In this document: one piece after another, positions 1-12,532 of the stretch | How the letters are laid out: each line of letters starts with the position of its first letter | How positions within the stretch are numbered: the stretch's first letter is position 1 | From: Marsupella aquatica | Taxonomy: Eukaryota > Plantae > Marchantiophyta | Assembly: GCA_973895155.1 (NCBI GenBank) | Contig: OZ316896.1 | Span: forward strand, 11,484,830-11,548,829 | Length of the DNA stretch: 64,000 nt | Direction: 5' to 3' | The notes under the pieces: model-generated | What the model saw: only the letters and a program-made list of their open reading frames with translations | Database searches by the model: none | Told to the model about the DNA's origin: nothing | Position numbers and translations under genes: made by a program

Positions 1-1267
1 TCACGATTGTGTTCTTTCCCCAAGAAGCGTCTAAGGAATCCTTGCACGGTTTGGTCAACCATGTGAGTAGGAGGGGTGGTGACAACACTCCACCAACGAC
101 CAGTAGGAGTGTGTGTGGTGTAGTCCATGGGACTTGATCAAAAGTAGAGAGGCTAGTCGGTAGACTTGATCAAAAATTATACTTCCGGGAGCGGAATCAA
201 ACATACTCATCCTACATGCAATAGAATCCGAATAGCGTCCCTCCACGTTCCCGTCATACGATAACAAACGATTTTAGTAAGAGTAAATACGTATTTGTCG
301 TGTAAATCGTTTGATAAGCAGGTGACAGACCTACTGTAGGGTCTGAAATGTGACACCATAGCCCCAACATTTTGAACTCACTCCTGGGGAAGTACGCTTT
401 TGCATTCTGGAGAGTGAATAGTATGGGGTACCTTACCAAAGCTTGTGAACCACTACTTATTAGGCGTTAAAACACTATCAGGGTGTTTCAAGGTGTTTAA
501 AATCTCTTCTTTCTGCCTCTGCTTGCAGTCAAAGGCAAATTCCCGGACAAAAAATGGCAGACACTAAAAAAATTCAGCCAACTTCAAGGTTTGAGATGCC
601 CTACTACATTAATGTGCAAGAGGCCGGGAGTGTGACAGGTGTAAAATTCTAGTAAGCTCAAAAAAAGCATTCATACAAGAGTAAAGGTTACAAGACACAC
701 AGGTGACACTCAATGGTGAGTGCCCCTCTCTCTATTTCTTTCTATTATTAGGGTGTTATCAAGAGTGGAACTGTACAATAGGGTGTCTCAAAGCTGAAAA
801 TTTGATGGACCTTACCTCCGTAGTAACTTGTTAGGGACACAATAGTTGCAGACTATGGAATTCATAGTCCATGATTTTTTGCCATAAGGATTTGTTGTAT
901 GCCATTACCATTAGTCACTATAGAGGCTAGTGAAAAAAATAACTTTACATGACCTTGTGAAAAAGTTAAGACCATTCCTTTATGGCAGAATGTCATCATC
1001 ATTCTGTAATTTTGAAGGTTTGACACTCCCTAATAAGTTTCTCTTACCTTTGTCCTCTAGAATCGGCTACAGCTAGAATTTGTATAGTGTTAAATTCTGA
1101 ACGTGTAATTAACATTTCATATTCCAATAACTTACAGATTGGGCACAAAAAAGGTGCACAATGACCCCTTCAAGCCCACCCTCGTGGGTAGGGAGGTTCC
1201 CCACCAACAAAGCATTTGTATACAACCTGTGATAATAATATAGTGGTTCCATATTATAGTGTTGGGA

Positions 1268-1300
1268 CTAGCGCAATATATGCCCGTGCATTGTACAGGA
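1268..1300 (-). mobile_element. Helitron-like 3' terminus
   Basis: Minus strand reads CCTGTACAATGCACGGG-CATATATTGCG-CTAG|T: an imperfect GC hairpin ~11 nt before CTAG followed by T, the canonical Helitron end. Confidence 0.5.
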
Positions 1301-4117
1301 CATGTTGAGTTGATGTCAAGGAGAGAACAAATGTGGGGGTGAGTAAAAAGTTTTCAAGGAGAGGAAAAGATATCAAGGTGAGAAAAACATGTTGAGGAGA
1401 GGAATCTAAAAAGGAATCAAGGAACTTTTACTTTGATGGCCTCCATTTGAATAAGAAGCCAGGGCTAACTTTCTAATTCAAAGGGCTTCTCATTGAAAAG
1501 TGAGTTTTGGACTTGGTCACTCTTTGAACACAACACAGGCCTTATTTGAACACAAAACCCACGCCCCTTATCAGACAGGCTATATGTTTCAACAAAAACC
1601 ATTTTTGGATCAAAATGTTCAATTTTTTAGTTTTCTAATACTAGACTCAGGAGTCCACATATTTCTTTGAGTCCATCTGTGTGGCCCAATATTTCAGAAT
1701 TAATTAATTTATTGAGCAAACTAGGATGGCACTACAGTAGACTCAAAATTTAAGGGTGCTGTCAGATTGGCTAGGCTGGTATCTACTTCTTAGAGTAGCC
1801 AAACTAGTAAACTTTGGAAATGTCTTAGAAGAAATGGTCGTCCAGTTTGCATTGGTGAAGCAGATTCACAAGTGCCCCTCTTCAGCTACTATATTTGGAC
1901 AGAGGAATACCAAGGGAACGAGATAAATCTTTTGGTTACTATGGACAATGGATTTCTTACTATGGACAAAGGTCTATCGAAGGAAAGTAAAAAACCATTT
2001 GACCCATTTTGCATGGATTGTGTGGAATTTTACGTGAATTGCATGAAAATATTAGTACCAAGGGAATGTTTTGAAAGGACTTTTACCAAGAATAATCTAC
2101 TCTTTGTTTGCAATGAAAGTGTACTAACCAAGGTACTAACTACCTTAACACCCAGCTTATTCACCATCCTCCATTTAATCTTTCTCATCTCCATAGTCAA
2201 ACCAATATGGAACTCTTCAAAGGGGTACTTGAACTAATTTAAAGTGACTTTATATAGTGATCCACTCGAGTAGATTCCACCTCTTAAAAGTCTTTCACTT
2301 TAATTTGGCAAAAATTAGCTAGTAATTAAGAGTAGGTTTTACACTAGTGTCTTACACTAGCTACCTGTAGTTTTGCCATGGCTAGAGACCCCAGTAGCCA
2401 GAATCTAGTGGTTTTATTTTCAGAGAGAGCCAGCAGACAGAAATTAATCTAGGGAAAACTAGGAAACTTAGATCAGGAACATTCCTGGCTAGCATATTCT
2501 CCTACACACGACATGCCATGCACCACTGTAGCAAAAACCTTAAAAACTATTTTGTTCAGTGGAATTGGTCTTATCTTCAAATTAGCGTTTCTTTGTAATC
2601 AACCTTGGTACCTTAATGTTAGAGTGGGCCTAGCTCAGCAAAAACAGGAATACCAATTATGGGGGGTTTTCTTAATAACACCATTTTGGGTTGCAATTCC
2701 ATGACGGAGACTGATTCCCACTTGTCAAACATACAATTACTGCACCATTGCAATCTTTGCTCTTCTCTCTTGCTCATGATATAAATGCACAATGTGTCTC
2801 CCTTAGTTATTTTGATTGATTTTGCTTTGGGGCCAGGGTACACTCCACATAGTGATATGCGAAAACAAAATGAGCCCTAATTTAAATACATAATCTTGAT
2901 TGAAAACTACTCCCAAAGCCTCAGTATTGTCTAGAGTGAACCCGGCTGCAACCATGGGGGCATAACTGCAGGCGAGGGTGCAGGTGGAACCCCTTCTCTC
3001 TTTTTCATTTGTAGTTTCAGGGCAAGTCCCATCCCCTAACCCCTTTGCCAGCCTGGCCTGGGGGTTCCAAGGTGCATTATCCCCCAACCATCCTCCCCAA
3101 CTCTCACAATTATGTGGAAAAAGAGTCAGGGGTTATGTTGGCTACCCTTGGACAATTATGGGGTCATGGCTGTAACCGCCCCCGCCCCCACCCGAGCTCA
3201 CTGCCCTTGGGAATTAGACCCATTAAGGTCGTCTGGTCTTCAATTCAAGTTCTGGTTCACTCATACCTTGACACATCAGCACTTTTCTCAAGTATTCTAG
3301 CTCATTAGTAACTAACCATATGAATATACGGTCTGCTAGGCTAACATGCTTGCCAGGGCACTAGTTGGATGCTCAGGATGTTTTCAGTACACATGACAAA
3401 GTACGTTTTGTCAATGTTTGACAACCTTAACGTAATGTTAAAGTCGGTCACTCATCCCTTTATGGGATTGATAGTCTCCATATCCGGTCGACTATACATC
3501 CCACGAGGGGATACCTCCCGTCCTTAACCATATACATAAACCCCTCTAGGCCGTGGGTTATCCTATACAACTCTGGTCAAGAGTGTAGATCTCCTCTGGT
3601 GAGTTAGAACGAACCTCATCCACGTGTCGTATACAAAAGTGGGCAGCAGACCAGACTTGGGATTGGGGGTTTTCGCTTCCGGGGTTTATCCCCTTCGTCA
3701 CTTTGAGGTAGTTCACCGGTCCAATCATAGAAACTCTGTCTGCCGTGGGCGTACCCAATTGTTGGATGTCAATCAATGCCAATCAGCATGGTTTGACTGT
3801 GCGCCATTCCCTCTCGGGATTTCGAGCGATGGGTCTCGAGCAGAAATCAAGTCTCAAGATCTTTGGTGAGTTCTAGCTACCGTACTTCGATTTCTTGCTC
3901 GCCTTTAGATTTCGCGAGTTGGTGTTCTGTCTTTTGACGGAGATTAGTCTTTTTGCCTGAATCTCTGTTTGATTTGGATCACGCTTACGAGAATTTGGAT
4001 GATCTTTTGGAATGCTTCTATTGATTATGCCGTGGTTTGCAGAAGAGAGAGAGAGAAGTGAGTATTGATGGTGCCATTCTCTCCGTGGCAGGTCTGATTC
4101 CAGTGAAGGGGTTGGAG

Positions 4118-6763
4118 ATGGAGCAGCAGAGTAGGGCAGGTCGCGATTTAGGGCGACTCGTGGGAGTCGCCCAGCAGCATTTGGAAGGCATTGGGACTAG
4201 GCTAGGGTTGTGCATGGAAGAAGGGAAGGGAAGGATATGGAGCCACATGTCTAAATTGCAGACAAGGAACCCCGAATTTGGAAGGAAGTGCCCTCCTAAA
4301 TTTGAGCAGATTGATAGAGTAGCACAATCATTGTGCACGGGGTTTTTGGGCTGGCAACGTAACCTCCAACAGATGGGAGAAGAAAGAATGGCCGATTTTT
4401 CGCAGGTTTTGATGAGAATTAGCAGACCACAAAGGCTTCAATATGCTTCCCTGTCCATGTCGTCACATGGAATTTTGTCAGAACTAGAAGCACCGAAGCC
4501 TTTGTACCAACTTGCGATGAGCACGGAGCAGGTGTCCAGGAGGCTAGATGGTGTTCCGGTGTACACTGTCAGCAACTCGGCCAACGAGTTCATTTTGATT
4601 TCGGATGTGAACAGCCAAAAGTCTTTGGGCATTTTCTGCTTCAGGCAACAGGACGCAGAATCCTTGCTTTCACAGGTGCACTATCGTTGTTAAAACGGCC
4701 AATCCATTCCGTTTAAGAAAGGGTTTGTGCAATTTTGTATATAAAATTTGAATAGTTCTTTCTGGAGAATTGTAAATTCTTGCCCTGTTAGCCTAGATGC
4801 CGGCAGGCGATAGCATGGGTCCTCTGGACAATCAACAAATTTGAAATTCGTTATGGAGCATTGTAAATTCTTCCCTGTTAGCCTAGATGCCGGCAAGATA
4901 TAGCGTGGGTCCTCTGGACAATCGGAGGTAATATGGCCAATAACCATGTTTCTGTTGAGCAGGTTCGTGACAGAGAGCCTTCGTTAGGGCGTGGGGCAAA
5001 AGTTGTTGCAGTATCACTTGATAAGGTGGAGTGCATTGAACGATCTCAAAGATGAAGATGTTGCAAATGCTTCTCAATGTTAATCACGAGTAACTCACAT
5101 TTCCAGGCTAAACGTATACTGTTGGGGAGGAATGTTAGTAAGATATAGCTTATATATTTGTATCCATTTTTTCTGAATGAAAGGCTCTTGTGGACATCAA
5201 AGATGCGAGAACACGTTTGTGTTAAATAGCTATAATTAGTCTATGAATTACAGCTGCTACCACAAGCTTCCTTCTGGGGACTCGTAATCATACTGTCGGA
5301 CTGATACTTCCTTCGATCTTTAGCTTGCCCTTGACAGTGTAGGCTTGAATCTTCGGGTGGTCCACCTGAAGACGGGTTTCCTGGCAACTAATCGGGTTAC
5401 TTGCTAAAGTTTGGGTTTGAATGCGACCTCTTACAGGTATATCAGCTCAGTACAGAAGGCATTGCGTTTAGATTCTTACCTGATCCTCGGCAGGTGAAGA
5501 ATGCCCTTGAGGTAAGTTAGGGTCCTCCTCTTCCCACTGAGTGTTTCAGCTCATATTAGTCTCTGTTTCTTTTCGATGGTCCTGGAGAGTGGACTTACTG
5601 GTGCGCCTTCTCAAAGAGATTACCTCTCTATTTTCTAAGATTAAACAAATCCAACGGGTCTGTTGTTTGGGATGCTCATCCGAAGTTGTTTTAACGTGTT
5701 GGCAGTCGAAACTAAAATCTGGGGAGACTCGAAAAGCGTTTGATGGGGTACCTGTTTTCCAGGTGCGCCAGTTGCTCATTTGTGTCAATTACTCGATCTG
5801 CAGCCAGAGAAGCTGATGATTGTCATATTTGAATAAGCTGATTATTAACAGAGCAGATAACCTTCGTTTTGTTACTCATTCAGTCAGATAACTTGATTTT
5901 AAGGAGCAATAATCGTCGCTTCTGTCCCATTTTTTTCTGCAAGGTAATACCTTTACAGAACTTCTGATCTGACCAAGTTGATTGTTGTGACAAATGACTT
6001 GATTGTGTTCTTGATCTCTTATTTCTTTATTTTTAATATGCTCTCTACTTCCAGATGTACTGCTTATGGGTTCATTTGATTCATGCAACAGGAAGATCTG
6101 GATAGGGCTCTGAGTAGAGCATTCAAGCAGCAGCAAAGAGTGAATCCAGCTTTAAAAGTAAACTCAGATATTCAGGTCAGCCACATTGACTGCCGATGTT
6201 GTTCTGGCTCAGAAGTAGGACTCTTCTAGTCTGCAGCATTAGTTGCCGCCCACATCCCCATTTGTCTTAATTTGTGCGTTCTAATTTTATCAGTTTTTCA
6301 AGGGTTGTGTGTTATTGGGAAAAGTTAGTAGGTATTGGAGTCTGAATGCCGAGTATTATGTCGGTTAGTCTAACGACATCGTACTCGAGAGGTCATTTCT
6401 CATTTATTCATTAATTGAGTCCAAGGATTGTCCTTTGTTGTTTTAATTTCAGGTGGGTAGTTTCGAGGATGTTTTAAAAAGAATGGAGGTAAGTCCTCCT
6501 CTACCAAACGCATTTGGTGTCGGTTCAGGATGTTGTCAATTTGTCCATCATGTTCACAGATATAGGAAGCCTCTCCTGGAGTTGGATGAAGTGGAGTGTA
6601 CTATGTCCAGCCGTGACTGACATGGTTTGTATTTCTTTGTCAGGGCAATGAGGAGGATACCGGATGGGGTGATATTGTGTTCATCCCTCCTGGTATAGAT
6701 GCTTTCAGTCATCTTGGAAAGGGAATTGCTCAAGGGTCAGGAAGAGAGACTGTGGTGGCCTAG
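4118..6763 (+). CDS. TIC22: Tic22-like chloroplast intermembrane-space import chaperone, 8 exons, ~350 aa
   Basis: Exons 4118-4675, 4963-5025, 5437-5511, 5706-5762, 5884-5943, 6092-6175, 6453-6488, 6644-6763. All introns are GT-AG and the total is 1053 nt in frame. Tic22 motifs: LDGVPVYTVSNSANEF, VYQLSTEGIAFRFLPDPRQVKNALE, FDGVPVFQ, WGDIVFIPPG. Likely 5'UTR intron at ~3866-4091. Confidence 0.92.
4770..4923. repeat. Two-copy ~63-bp direct repeat (period ~90) in Tic22 intron 1
   Basis: attgtaaattct(g)ccctgttagcctagatgccggca...gggtcctctggacaatc occurs at ~4770 and ~4860. Confidence 0.85.
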
Positions 6764-7704
6764 ACGGACATAGTGGATGGGAAGGTAGGTAATTTTTAAG
6801 ACACCCATGGAGACGTTCACAACAGAGACATTTGTGGTGATCATGTGAACTAGACTAATGCCCAGTCCACCGAGAGCAATTTTGTGTTGTTGATTGAAGC
6901 GCTCTGGACATGCCACGTCCGGCAGCAAAAAGTTGTTACAAGTGGATAAGAGCTGACATCATGAATTGCCTTTTGTCTGTCTAGAGAAAGTCATAGAAAC
7001 ACAGTTTTTGATCTCTAACAAACACAGCTCCAAGTCAGTTCCTAAGAGAGTGAAGTGTAGTGGCCAGCACCAAGGTGTTGTCAAAGTGTGTTTCGTTGTA
7101 AATCCAGGGTTGCTATCGTGTAGTTGCTTGTATGCTACCAGGCTGAGGTTTTATCACCTTACATTGTTCATGAAGGATCCAAGACCGTCCCATGATTTCC
7201 AGTTTCTTGTGAAACCAATCTGGGCTATCGTCACTGCTATGACTTATCTTGCCTCTTTCAAGGGTATCTTAAATATTTTCTAGAGGATGCATATCTGCGG
7301 CACCCAGGCCAAGCATAACTTCCCCGTACACAGTCGGAAAAGTTGTGTACGTGAGGTCATCGAGCCTTGCAACATCCTTTTCTAGAAGGGATGACAATTT
7401 CCTTTTCCGTTGGATCTGTAAAGTTTACAGCAACCGCTACGTTCTTGACAACCAGTTCTTCGTTTGCATCATAATGTGTTGCACTGCACTGATCTTCAGG
7501 ACCAAATTAGACAATTTGCTCGTTGTCTGGAAGAGCCGTGTCTGGAGAATGTAATATGAGTTCCTTCAATTCACATCTTTAAATAGATAAATTAGGGACC
7601 GTCTCAAGCTGCTGCTAAGTTTAGATGTGTTCTTCACTCCCACGAATGGGAGGGTCCCAGGGATCCGGTGAAGGCAGATTTATACCAGCTTCTGGATGGG
7701 CGTA

Positions 7705-8113
7705 AGCAGGAGGGGGATGTGTAGAGAGAAATTTGACCTGTGAAAGGATGGAGTAATATGCGCTTTTGTGGAATCAAATCATTTCCTCTTCGTTGGGAGC
7801 CACGAAAATTCTACACGTGAACAGGCGTAGACGACCGAGATTGGATGATGGGAGTCCAGAATAACTGTTACCAAGAGGCAACTTATGAGAAGTAAAAACG
7901 TCAAAAAAGCCAAGACAATCAATCAAAGAGATTCAAATCCCAAGGTCGGGAGGAGAATACTAAAGACTACCTGAAGACGACAAGACCCAATAAAGAAGTC
8001 CAAGATCACCTGAGACTAAGAGGAGATTGTGGGAGGAGATTACAATATCGTTGACTATAATTTCTCATCGTGCATGGAAAGCACGTGTAAAGTGTCAGTG
8101 TGTGTATACAACA
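7705..8113 (+). mobile_element. Possible LTR remnant preceded by a polypurine tract
   Basis: AGCAGGAGGGGGA is followed directly by TGTGTAGAG; the ~400-bp segment ends ...TATACAACA (TG..CA). No partner LTR or clear pol sequence seen. Confidence 0.3.
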
Positions 8114-8559
8114 TAGTCACAAAATTGTAGCCACTCATTTCACGTAAGATTCTGGCAAACAGCGGCTGAGGGGAATGTATATCATGCTTGAATTCAACGA
8201 ATCTATACTACGCTTGAATGCAGTCTTGAAAAACAACCCTGCAGCATTCCAATTCAAACCCATAGCTTTGGGTTGCATCCTTGTCAAACACTTAAATCGT
8301 AATAGCACAATGGGTGAATGAGTAGGGTAAAAGACATACCGGTAGTGACTCTCAAAAGCTTGGACACGAACCCCCAGCAGAAGATCGTTCTGCCCAATTC
8401 GCCAGCTGCTCAGGACCTCCTCCGTGGAAGAAGCATCGGCCCTTGGAAGGGATTGGTGATTCCCACAGAGCCACCCTCGTCCGAATATCCCCAATGATTT
8501 CTCGTATTTTTGGCATTGCCACCACAGGACTCATCTAGACACCCACAGATCAATGACGG

Positions 8560-9618
8560 AGGCGACTTGCGCATAAGTCATCCTCGCCATCTGTCAAGGG
8601 GGGTTCGTTTTATGCTTGAATCTTCAATTACAAATCTAATCGTATCGCCATCCAGGAAATGGAAAGGTGGAGTGGCTTCAGATCAACCTGATGCAACGTG
8701 ATTGAAAGCAGTGCTGTTAAGAGAATTGTTCTGTATTTCGAAAGAGTATCCCTCATGGAACTGGAATTAGGTGTTTAAATTTCGAAGGAGAAAGGCGTGC
8801 GGATTGGGCGAACTCCAGAAGGCGTAATCGGTTACCTCGTCGTGCCCCTTGGACTGATGGACTGATGCCGTAATTGAGTTCATTTGAGCTCGATTTGCAA
8901 CCGAGGCTTGGAGTTTTTTTCGCTTTTCATTGCATCAATGTGACGACACAATGGCCGCGATTAGTATACATGCTTTAGGCGCTGGAACTTTGGGAGCTGC
9001 GAGAAGCCTCGTACCTCATTTTCAGCCTGTGGCTCCTCCGTCTAGATCGAGCAGTACTGGAACTGAGGTTTCGTCGGTTTGTTTACTTGCGCTAGCGCCT
9101 GAATCCCGGCGTCGATTCATCAGGTACGTGTGTAAGGTCTCCAGCAATGAGAACTAAACTCATCATTTTCCACGAGTTTGTTGGAAGGAATTATGTGTCC
9201 TTCGGGAAAGACCTAATTAATATCTGAGTAGTTCACAATCAGCTCGTTTTGAGTTTCATGTGTGTAAGATTCTCAGCAACTAGAAGTAAACTCACCATCT
9301 TTCGCAAGTTTGTTGGAAAGAATTAGTTACCTTTTCGGGAAACACTGAAGTAAAATCTGAGCAGTTCGCAATCAGCTCGTTTTCAGGTTTCCCCATGAAC
9401 TCATATTCTGCTTGTTGGGCTCATACAGTGTGAACGTAAATAGTCAGAACAATGAAGTGGCGACGGCATCCATCCGGAGCGTCCCAGACCAGGTTGCACG
9501 CGAGCTTCTCAATGCTGGACACCGTTGTCCTGATGTTCGGTAAGCTTCACCTTCCGGATCTGCTTTGCGTCATGTTTCATTTCTCAAAAGCTTCATCTCG
9601 ATGAGCAGGCAAAATGAT
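8560..9618 (+). repeat. Diverged inverted copy of the rhodanese promoter, exon 1, intron 1, exon 2 and start of intron 2 (source ~36140-35160, minus strand)
   Basis: Shared MAA(I/V)SIHAL...LAPESRRRFI and NNEVATASIRSVP.QVARELLNAGHR..DVR, shared upstream ggaaaggtggagtggcttc, and shared intron start gtaagcttc..ccggatct. Similarity stops at ~9618. Confidence 0.95.
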
Positions 9619-12532
9619 AGTTTTATCCTACAACCATTTCATGTAGGTACTTGCCCGGGAACGAAACTCGCCCTCTTGGAGGTCTCTCTATGACATCACT
9701 AGCAACGCATTCCTGGGGAAAGAATGCAGGGAGTATAAGTAAGCCCACTGAGCAGCGACCAACTCTGACGAAAAGTAAGGCAACCGCTAGGGGAAGCAGC
9801 TTTGGATCAATGGATGACTTGGAGGACGATCGGCTTCAGGAACAGAGGAGGAGATCTTTGGAAGAAGACCAGCAACAGAATCTCAGGAGAGACTTACCTA
9901 GTAGTAGTAGAGCTGGCCAACCCTGGGATGGAAAATACCAGCCTGGTGCACCTGGTACAGAAGTTCTTAGAGAGGAAAAACTAATGTATGTTGATGAGGA
10001 CTCTTCCACTGCTGCAGAAGATTATAGGCGAGTTGAAGCCGACGTTAGAGTCTCGCAGGTGTTGAGAGTAGATAGAGACTTGGAGGAGACGAAGAATACT
10101 CCGCTTGTTGATATGGAAAGGAGATCTGATGAAGGAATGCCACAACCGAGATATAGGACCGATTCAAGTGGAGATTTAGTGTATCCGCCGTCTGTTGGAC
10201 GCAAGGCAAATCCTCCTGGAAGAACAAGTAGTACAAGGAGCCCAAACAGTGGCCCTTCCTCATCACGAGAAGGAGAAGGACGTTGGAGGACACAGTCAAT
10301 CAATGATTCCAGGATTGCCGATGAGGGGAGTTATCGTGGATCAAAAAATGTACGGCAATTGCTTCCGAATCCTGAGGGAGTAGTGTCCAGACGGCAAGAA
10401 AGTCGCCCAGGGAATGGAAAAGGCACGCCAGACTCCTTAGCATATACTACAACTCAACCAGAGGTGATAGAAAGTAGCTTTGCATTGGAGCAATCTAAAC
10501 AAGCTCAAACTATAAAGTTTCAGAATTACCTTGATGAAGCACAGGCTCTTCTGGAACAAGGAATGAAGGGTCTAGAGGGTAGAATAGAGGTTGCAATAGC
10601 AGAGCGCATGCTTTATGAGGCAGCAGATCTTTTGGGGAAGGCTTGTCAAATTTACCCAGCAGATTTGATTGCCGTTGGGCAGTTGGGAAATACATTGCTA
10701 GTCCATGGACAGTTGAAGCTGGAACTTAGCCAGCAACTACGCAGCATGCTTCCGTCCCCTGAAGCGAATTATCCTGTGATGAAGGGGGAGTCAGCACTAG
10801 CAAGTCGTGAGCAAGAGTCGATGGAGCTGACATTGCAGGAAGTTTGTGAAGAATGTGAGGAGCTGCTGGTGGATGCCGGCAGAAAGTTCCGCACAGCCCT
10901 GAGTTTAGACAAGAATGATGTTAGAGCACTTTATAATTGGGGGTTGGCTCTTTGTTACCGAGGACAGCTTATTGCCGAGGAGGGTGGCGAGGTTAGTGTC
11001 CTGACCGTGCTCGTTCTCTTATTGATGTCGCATACAGGGTAGCCAACGGAGATATCCAATGGTCATTCTGTCCCTGCTTGGGTACTGCTGTTTGATGTTT
11101 AGGAAGTCTTTTTCTGGCCTGGAAGTCCATACTCACACTATTTATGTTGAGTGTTTGCACGGCATACGTGGTTCTTCCAGTTGTGTTGCTACTAGTTTCA
11201 TACTTTGTCCAAGTTCTATCCATCCAGGGTTTGGGGTCTACAGCCAAGAAGCTGTCCTGTACCGTGAGGACTCTCTTAGTTACCTCTTAGAGAAGATCTG
11301 ATAGGCAGAGGTTCTTGTGTATGCAGAGGGCAAAGCAGGATGCGGACAAAGTGTACCTGGCAGCCATTGACAAATTTGAAGCCATGCTGGGCATCAGTCA
11401 GGACTACGTCTCTGGAGGTGCGTTTTCTTTGATTGTGTTTCACTGATCTTAGTGCCATGTCCTTCATAGATCCGGTTGGATTTTCTTTCAAGGATAGGTG
11501 ACTATCTTCTGTTCATTAGTGTAGTAATTCAAACGCATCAATGCAAAGTGTATCCATTTTATGCTCTGTAATTGTAATGTCTTCAGTTCAGCATCAAGTA
11601 TTTGCTGAGTGCCAATTCACAATAACACTTAGTTCTTGCCTCATTGAAAACTTGAGATGCGATCAGAGTTCATTGTCATCACCTGTCGGATAGGGAAAGT
11701 AGTTTGAAGTGGGTTTCATCATTTGATAACAACTTCATTTGATATTGAAACATAGTGGGCATTCAGTCCTAAAGATTCGATTACATTCAATGTATATCAT
11801 CGATCCCCTTTACCTAAGTTGAATGTCTTAAACAAAAATATCATATTTCCATTTAGTCAGCTGTGACAGCTACATGGATATTTGCTTTTCGTGTGCATGC
11901 CATTCACTGCCCTTTGGAAACTATGTCGATAAATCAATTTTCTTGCACCCGGAGCTTTTCCCATCCCAGCTTGTGAGATCCCAGCTTGTGTGATCCCAGC
12001 TTGTTTACAGCTTGTGAGAGACTGAGTACTGATGGGCCCACAGTCAGTCACTTAGATTCATGTGAGGTTATCAGCTGCTTCTTTCTGGTTGTTTTGATTG
12101 ATGAAGTAGAGTGAGAAGTGACAGAAGGCTTTGCCACTATAAGTGGGGTATGATGCTTCAGTGAATTATGTCGGTCCTTTCTGTTCCTTACTCTCTATAT
12201 AGTAGTATGATCATTGCATTTCTCGAAATGTTTAACAATTCTAACCAGGGCGTGGTTATTGGTGACTTACTGCAGCCCTTTTAAACTGGGGACTCGCAAT
12301 GCGAGACCGGGCTCGCCTTCGGGATATGGGAGACAAAGATCGAGTGCAGCTTTTGCTACAAGCAAAAGAACTTTTCCAGGATGCCGTGCGTTTGGATCAA
12401 AGTAATGGGCAGGCTAGAGGCGCATTGGCAGTGTGTTCTGCAGAACTGAAAGAGCTGCAGGCCTTTGATTCTCTTCAGAGAGAGGACACCAAGGAAAAAC
12501 CCAAACAAAACTGGTGGCAAAGAAGAGGCTAG
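8951..12532 (+). CDS. Chimeric TPR-repeat protein with rhodanese-derived N-terminus/transit peptide, ~658 aa
   Basis: Exons 8951-9123, 9429-9539, 9647-10991, 11327-11417, 12276-12532 total 1977 nt in frame with GT-AG junctions. C-terminal TPR-like helices: AVGQLGNTLLVHG, CEECEELLVDAGRKF, DVRALYNWGLAL, DADKVYLAAIDKF, ALLNWGLAMRDR. Confidence 0.8.

Noticed and set aside
1-3600. Short ORFs in the first 3.6 kb, and similarly at 13-14.9 kb and 25.3-28.9 kb
   Set aside because: No recognisable domains or consistent splice pattern; probably decayed TE mosaic that I cannot classify by eye.
8135-8534. Minus-strand exon-like ORFs
   Set aside because: No recognisable homology and no downstream exon chain could be built.
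8560-9618. Duplications as assembly artefacts or collapsed haplotypes
   Set aside because: The copies differ by many substitutions and indels, so they are old duplications rather than redundant reads.
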